DNA from: Candidatus Zixiibacteriota bacterium
Lineage (GTDB): Bacteria > RBG-13-66-14 > B26-G2 > WVWN01
Length of the DNA: 64,000 nucleotides
Reading direction: 5' to 3'
Assembly: GCA_050117845.1 (NCBI GenBank)
Contig: JASFLY010000012.1
Location: 18,610-82,609 of the forward strand
Part shown: piece by piece, positions 59,427 through 64,000 of the stretch
Numbering within the stretch: position 1 is the first letter of the stretch
How the letters are laid out: each line of letters opens with the position of its first letter
The notes under the pieces: generated by a model
Told to the model about the DNA's origin: nothing
Databases searched by the model: none
What the model saw: only the letters and a program-made list of their open reading frames with translations
Position numbers and translations under genes: made by a program

Positions 59427-59455
59427 TTAATACCCCATATATGCAACGCTGTCAA
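59427..59455 (-). promoter_or_regulatory. sigma70-like promoter of TIGR04141 islet
   Basis: TTGACA-N17-TATTAA on minus strand. Confidence 0.6.
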
Positions 59456-59473
59456 GGGTATAATGATATCAAA

Positions 59474-59752
59474 GGCCGGCAGGGACGTCGGCCTCGGCTC
59501 CGGGGTGCCGTCAGGTGTTACCACCTGACGGCGCGGGTGATGGCGGAAAGCGTCGGATGGTAACATCCGACGCCACATCAAAGATGAAAGCCGCCCCGAA
59601 GGTCGGCCCCACCAATGGGGTTTGGTGGGCCAGGCATTCCTGCCTGGCGACTTACCGCCGGTTGAAACCGGCGGCCTACGCCGGGCGGGTTAGCACCGGC
59701 CGCTGAAGCGGCCGGTATGATATATAGGCCGACAGGAATGTCGGCCCCACCC
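59474..59752. repeat. mosaic REP-like cluster homologous to 45684-45845
   Basis: Same ordered units GCCGTCAGGTGTTACCACCTGACGGC, CGTCGGATGGTAAC, GCCAGGCATTCCTGCCTGGC, CCGCCGGTTGAAACCGGCGG, plus ACCGGCCGCTGAAGCGGCCGGT and GCCGACAGGAATGTCGGC. Confidence 0.85.
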
Positions 59753-59759
59753 CTTATGT

Positions 59760-60581
59760 TTACCCGAAGGCGACGTCGAGGACCATCATCACGACGAAGC
59801 CGACCATGGCGCCCATCGTCGCGAGGTCGGCGTTGCCGCCCCGCTGGGACTCCGGGACCACCTCCTCCACCACGACGAAGATCATCGCCCCCGCGGCGAA
59901 GCCCAGCGCGTACGGCAAAAGCGGCCGCGCCACCAGGACCGCCGCGGCCCCCAACGCCGCCGCCGCCGGCTCCACGACCGCCGAGAGCTGGCCGTACCAG
60001 AAGCTTTTAATCCGGCTCATCCCCTCCCGGCGCAGCGGCATCGAGACCGCGAGGCCCTCCGGGAAGTTCTGGATGCCGATGCCGAGCGCCAGCGCCACCG
60101 CCCCGCCCCACGTCGCCGACTCGAACCCCGCGGCCACCGCGCCGAAGGCCACCCCCACCGCCAGCCCCTCCGGGATGTTGTGTAGCGTTATGGCGAGGAT
60201 GAGGAGCGTGCTGCGCTGCCAGCTCGTCTTGATGCCCTCGGCCTCCACGAGCTTGAAGCCGAGGTGCAGATGCGGGAGGATGCGATCGACGGCGGCGAGG
60301 AAGACGCCGCCCAATAGAAAGCCCGCGGCCGCCGGGAACCACGCCGGCACCCCCCCCATCGCCCCCCCCTCCGACATCGCGATGGCGGGCGCGAGGAGCG
60401 ACCAGAAGCTCGCCGCGATCATGACGCCGGCGGCGAAGCCGAGCATACCGTCCAGCACGCGACGGTTGACGGTCCGCGTCGTGAAGACCGCCGCGGCGCC
60501 GAGCGCCGTCATACCCCACGTGAAGGTCGTCGCGAGCAGCGCCTGCACGACGGGGTGCAGGCCCAACGCGAAATCCATCAT
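59760..60581 (-). CDS. ZIP-family divalent metal transporter (ZupT/GufA-like)
   Basis: [40 protein letters not shown]. Confidence 0.9.
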   Translation of the reverse strand: MMDFALGLHPVVQALLATTFTWGMTALGAAAVFTTRTVNRRVLDGMLGFAAGVMIAASFWSLLAPAIAMSEGGAMGGVPAWFPAAAGFLLGGVFLAAVDRILPHLHLGFKLVEAEGIKTSWQRSTLLILAITLHNIPEGLAVGVAFGAVAAGFESATWGGAVALALGIGIQNFPEGLAVSMPLRREGMSRIKSFWYGQLSAVVEPAAAALGAAAVLVARPLLPYALGFAAGAMIFVVVEEVVPESQRGGNADLATMGAMVGFVVMMVLDVAFG

Positions 60582-60671
60582 ACTCCCTTGCCCCCTCGCC
60601 CGAAGTCGTCCGGCGCGCGCGATAAGCCGGGGGCCCGCACGACGGCGGGCGCCCCGGCGCTGTTAACGATA

Positions 60672-61223
60672 TTACCTAAGGAACTTGGACACGAACGGCG
60701 AGGTCTCGCCCCGGCGCATGAAGTGGCCCGAAGGCCCCTCGCCCAGGAACTCGGAGAACCAGGACTCGTGTTCGATTTCTTCGTGGAGGATGGAGAGGGC
60801 CAGGTCGTAGGTGCGGTGGTCCTTCCCGGCGGTCAGGTTGCAGATGTTGGTGTACTGGCGGACGGCGCAGCGTTCGGCCTCGACGAGTACGTTCATTATC
60901 GCCTTGGCGTCCTGCGGGTCCTCGGTGAGGTAAGCCGGCGGACAGCCCGACACGTCGTGAAAGTCCTTCATGTCGCGCGGGAGTGCGCCGCCCAGCTCGT
61001 AGATCCGCGGAACGAGAGCCTCGAAATGGTTCCGGTCCTCGATACGGGCGACCTCGGCGATTTCCTTGATGGTCTCCCCGTCCATACCGACCAGGTTGCA
61101 GCGGAGGATGGTGTAATAATAAAAGGTCGTTAGCTCGGCGGCCGCGTTCTTAACAAGCAGTTCCACGAGCGCGTCCACGTCCACCCCCGCCTTCTCAACC
61201 ATTTCGCGAGTTACTTTAGCCAT
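60672..61223 (-). CDS. DPS-like (DPSL/thioferritin) ferritin-family protein
   Basis: AAAELTTFYYYT, IEDRNHFE, SGCPPA and AERCAV Cys pair, EEIEHE. Confidence 0.88.
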   Translation of the reverse strand: MAKVTREMVEKAGVDVDALVELLVKNAAAELTTFYYYTILRCNLVGMDGETIKEIAEVARIEDRNHFEALVPRIYELGGALPRDMKDFHDVSGCPPAYLTEDPQDAKAIMNVLVEAERCAVRQYTNICNLTAGKDHRTYDLALSILHEEIEHESWFSEFLGEGPSGHFMRRGETSPFVSKFLR

Positions 61224-61391
61224 AGTGGAACCCCCTTTCATAATGCAATGGATAAAAGTTAATAAATATGGGTTAATTTCTCAGGATTATACTATAAACC
61301 TGTTTCGCGTTCAAGTGTTTATTACTATATCGGGATAATAATAATAGGTCATCGTGGATCCCCGAAGCGGATATCGGCGCTACCAATATTG

Positions 61392-61423
61392 ACCGAAGCG
61401 GCGGGGTTAAACCCCGCCGCTAC
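61392..61423. repeat. single GTAG-type REP (minus-strand GTAG)
   Basis: GAAGCGGCGGGGTTAAACCCCGCCGCTAC, same family as 50023 and 51079. Confidence 0.7.
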
Positions 61424-61458
61424 AACTAAATGATGGTTATACGGAGGTTGAGAACGAG

Positions 61459-61941
61459 CTATCGGGTCGGGACGAGGTAGTAGCACAGGAAGAAGGCGAC
61501 GACGATGGCACCCGCCGCTACGCCGCCGATGACGTTCCCCGTGCCGGCGGCCGACAACAGCGTCGACGGGTCGAAGTTCTCCGCGGCGGCGGCGAACGAT
61601 TCCGCGCCGTCCACGATGGCCTCCGACTGGAAGGCCGCGACGGCCGTTAGGCCTACGCCCCCGACGAGGGCCGCTATCGCCGACGCGAGCCAGCGGCGTT
61701 TCCGTACCGGCCTGACCGCCGGGACCGCAGGCCGCTTAAAAGGGAGTCGGGCCATAACGCGTTCCGCGAAACCGGCGGGGGCCGGCGGGACCCGCGACAT
61801 CGCCTCCTCCGCGTCGCCGAACGCCTCGGCCAGCGCCCGGCACTCGGGGCAGACTTCCGCGTGGGCCCGGGCGTCGGCCCGCTCGGCGGCGGTGGCGTCC
61901 TCCCCGGCGGCGATTATCTCTATAAACTTTTCGCAATTCAT
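61459..61941 (-). CDS. ZAS-type (zf-HC2) membrane anti-sigma factor
   Basis: MNC...HAEVCPEC, PAGFAERVM, two TM segments; follows ECF sigma. Confidence 0.82.
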   Translation of the reverse strand: MNCEKFIEIIAAGEDATAAERADARAHAEVCPECRALAEAFGDAEEAMSRVPPAPAGFAERVMARLPFKRPAVPAVRPVRKRRWLASAIAALVGGVGLTAVAAFQSEAIVDGAESFAAAAENFDPSTLLSAAGTGNVIGGVAAGAIVVAFFLCYYLVPTR

Positions 61942-61942
61942 G

Positions 61943-62536
61943 TCACATACCTCCGGCCAGGCTGTCCGCGACGCCCATCTCCCGGAGCGCGTTGAGCATG
62001 GCCTTCTTGCCCCGGTGGATATTGGACTTGACCGTCCCGAGCGGCATCCCGGTTATCTCCGCCACCTGGTCGTACGATTTTCCCATTATGTAGTACAGCT
62101 CGAGCACGTTCCGGTAGTCCTCCCGCAGGTCGGCGAGCGCTTCCCGCGCCACCGTGGCGAGTTCGGCCCCGGCGGCCACGTCGTCCGGCCCGGGCCCGTC
62201 GTACTCGGCGTCGAATCCATCGGCCAACGGGACCCCCCGGCCGCGCTTCCGCCCCAGGTCCACCGCGGCGTTATAGGCCACGCGGTAGAGCCAGCTGGAA
62301 AACTTCACCGGCCTCTTGCCGTTGGAGCCGTTTCCGCGGTAGGTGTGGAGTTTGCGGTAGACACGCACGAAGGCCTCCTGGGCGGCGTCGTCACAGTGGG
62401 CCGGCCCGACGACGCGCCGGGCGATGGCGTAGACGACGTTCTGGTAGCGCTCCACGAGGGTGCGCCACGCTTCCTGATCCCCCACGCGACAGCGCGCGAT
62501 CAGGTCCTGTTCGTCCGTATACTCCGGGAGGGCCAT
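61943..62536 (-). CDS. ECF sigma factor
   Basis: GDQEAW..LVERYQ, DAAQEAF, FSSWLYRVAYN, SYDQVAEITGMPLGTVKSNIHRG. Confidence 0.92.
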   Translation of the reverse strand: MALPEYTDEQDLIARCRVGDQEAWRTLVERYQNVVYAIARRVVGPAHCDDAAQEAFVRVYRKLHTYRGNGSNGKRPVKFSSWLYRVAYNAAVDLGRKRGRGVPLADGFDAEYDGPGPDDVAAGAELATVAREALADLREDYRNVLELYYIMGKSYDQVAEITGMPLGTVKSNIHRGKKAMLNALREMGVADSLAGGM

Positions 62537-62556
62537 AAGGACTTACCCGACTGTTA

Positions 62557-62582
62557 GACGCCGGGGGCGGCCTCTTTGTTGC
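62557..62582 (-). promoter_or_regulatory. ECF-type promoter of sigma/anti-sigma operon
   Basis: GCAAC-N17-CGTC on minus strand. Confidence 0.6.
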
Positions 62583-62642
62583 ATGTTACATATTAATAAT
62601 AGCACATTCGGCGGCCCGGCGACGGATTAACGGCCCGGCGGT

Positions 62643-62668
62643 GGAACAATTACGGCGGCCCGGCCGTC
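62643..62668 (+). promoter_or_regulatory. ECF-type promoter of DUF6249-like operon
   Basis: GGAAC-N17-CGTC on plus strand. Confidence 0.6.
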
Positions 62669-62743
62669 ATATAGCCGAGAGACGCGAAGCGCGTCGACCA
62701 ACCGCAACGGCGTAATTATTTACGTATAAACGGAGGAAACGAA

Positions 62744-63382
62744 ATGAAGAAACTGTTCGCAATGACGCTCGCCGCGGCGCTACTGGCGCTGGTGCTCGTC
62801 GGCCCGGCGCTGGCCCAGCCGCCGGAAAAAGAAGGCTCGGGGGAAAAAGCGGGCACGGTGGAAAGGCCGCCGATGAAACCGGGCAAAACCGCGGAGGAAG
62901 ACCGCGAGATAATTATCAAGAAGATGCGTAAGACGCCCGACGGCCGGCGTGTGCGGGAGTTGCATCCGGGGATGGACGGCCCTTGCGTCCCGGGCGAGGA
63001 GCCCGAAATAATGATCCACCGCGAGCGGGCCATCCTTCCGATCTTCGGGATGCTGATCCCGCTGCTACTCATACTCGGCATCACGGCCATCGTCGTCGTG
63101 GCGATTTTCGTAGGCCACCGTTCCGCCCGCCTGCGCTACGAGGTAATCCAACTGGCGCTCAAGGAGAACCGGGATATTCCGAACGACCTTCTGCGTCCGC
63201 GACGGCACGACGCCATCCTGCCCGGCCTGATACTGACCGCGCTGGGCCTCGCGTTGGGTATCGCGCTGGGGGTGGCGGCGGCGCCGGTTTACGCCGTCTG
63301 GGGCTTGATACCGTTATTCATGGGCCTCGCCATGCTTATCTACGGCCCGGTCCGGCGGAAAATGACCGGCGGCGACGATTAA
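62744..63382 (+). CDS. membrane protein with signal peptide and DUF6249-like C-terminal domain
   Basis: Signal peptide, TM, ALKENRDIP, GLILTALGLA, GLIPLFMGLA; GGAGG RBS. Confidence 0.72.
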   Translation: MKKLFAMTLAAALLALVLVGPALAQPPEKEGSGEKAGTVERPPMKPGKTAEEDREIIIKKMRKTPDGRRVRELHPGMDGPCVPGEEPEIMIHRERAILPIFGMLIPLLLILGITAIVVVAIFVGHRSARLRYEVIQLALKENRDIPNDLLRPRRHDAILPGLILTALGLALGIALGVAAAPVYAVWGLIPLFMGLAMLIYGPVRRKMTGGDD

Positions 63383-63429
63383 GGATATATGCAGTACCGC
63401 AATAAGTTTTTGCCAGGAGGTACGACAAG

Positions 63430-63945
63430 ATGCGCAAATTAACCCTTACTCTAATCGCCGGTACGCTGGCCCTGGCCGGCCTAGCCCTCGCCGAGACGAC
63501 CTTCACGTCGGCGGACGGCGGGATGGTCATCACGGCCCAGGACGACGGGAGCGTCGTCAACCCCCAGGGCAAGACGGTCATGACACTCGGCGCGGACGGC
63601 ACGATGACCCGCGGCGACGGCGAGGTCGTCGGGAAGCTGGTCGGCGATACCATATACGACAAGGACGGCGAAGTGCGCGCGGTCATCGAGGCCGACGGCA
63701 CCATAGTGGCCCGGCGGGAACTCGGCAAGATAGTCGGGACCGAGGTATACAGCCCGGACGGCGAACTCGTCGGGACGCTCAGCGATACGTCCCCCACGGC
63801 CACCCACCTGGGCCTGATGGCCCTGCACCGCGGCGGCCGAGGGCCGGGAGATGATCGGCGTGGCGCTCCGGCCGACCGAAAAGGCGGGCCGCCCCCCGGC
63901 GGACGGGCGCCTCACGGCCCCCCGGATAACAGCGCCGGCGAATGA
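63430..63945 (+). CDS. secreted protein with short beta-hairpin repeats
   Basis: Signal peptide; repeats such as IYDKDGEVRA and VYSPDGELVG; Pro/Gly tail. Confidence 0.7.
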   Translation: MRKLTLTLIAGTLALAGLALAETTFTSADGGMVITAQDDGSVVNPQGKTVMTLGADGTMTRGDGEVVGKLVGDTIYDKDGEVRAVIEADGTIVARRELGKIVGTEVYSPDGELVGTLSDTSPTATHLGLMALHRGGRGPGDDRRGAPADRKGGPPPGGRAPHGPPDNSAGE

Positions 63946-64000
63946 TTCAAGCGGGTTAACGAGGGGAACCCAGACTACCTCCCTACACCCTCCTTCCTTA

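Noticed and set aside
45521..59752. Integron cassette array with attC sites
   Set aside because: No RYYYAAC...GTTRRRY-bounded sites recognised, no integrase, genes carry their own promoters, and co-orientation extends well beyond the region

Overview
High-GC bacterial chromosomal window, probably from a non-Bacteroidota FCB-group candidate lineage (inferred from a PorU/PorV pair, T9SS-type C-terminal domains and GC-rich codon usage). It holds about 55 CDS and 3 tRNAs (Ser-GGA, Ser-CGA, Arg-ACG). Every gene from 15.9 to 62.5 kb is on the minus strand. Housekeeping and envelope genes: M50 protease, mtnP, ruvX, uxs/ugd/GDP-sugar SDR, split metH, queH, mutL, coaX, tatA, porV/porU, GT4s, two B12 radical SAM enzymes and a peptidase-TolB-Omp85 fusion. 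An accessory stretch (45.5-61.5 kb) is punctuated by mosaic clusters of at least seven REP-like hairpin families. Most notable: (1) a self-contained operon of a 1181-aa pure coiled-coil protein plus an orphan ParA; (2) an AT-rich, REP-flanked TIGR04141 + DUF1883 islet with a structured 5' RNA behind its own promoter (candidate defence system); (3) the modular REP mosaics, including ~121-bp direct repeats bracketing an FmdE gene; (4) an in-frame amber codon inside a DUF3795/DUF3788-like gene; (5) a Fur-like box over a two-gene secreted metalloprotease module; (6) matching divergent ECF promoters. All family assignments come from motif recognition by eye, not from database searches.
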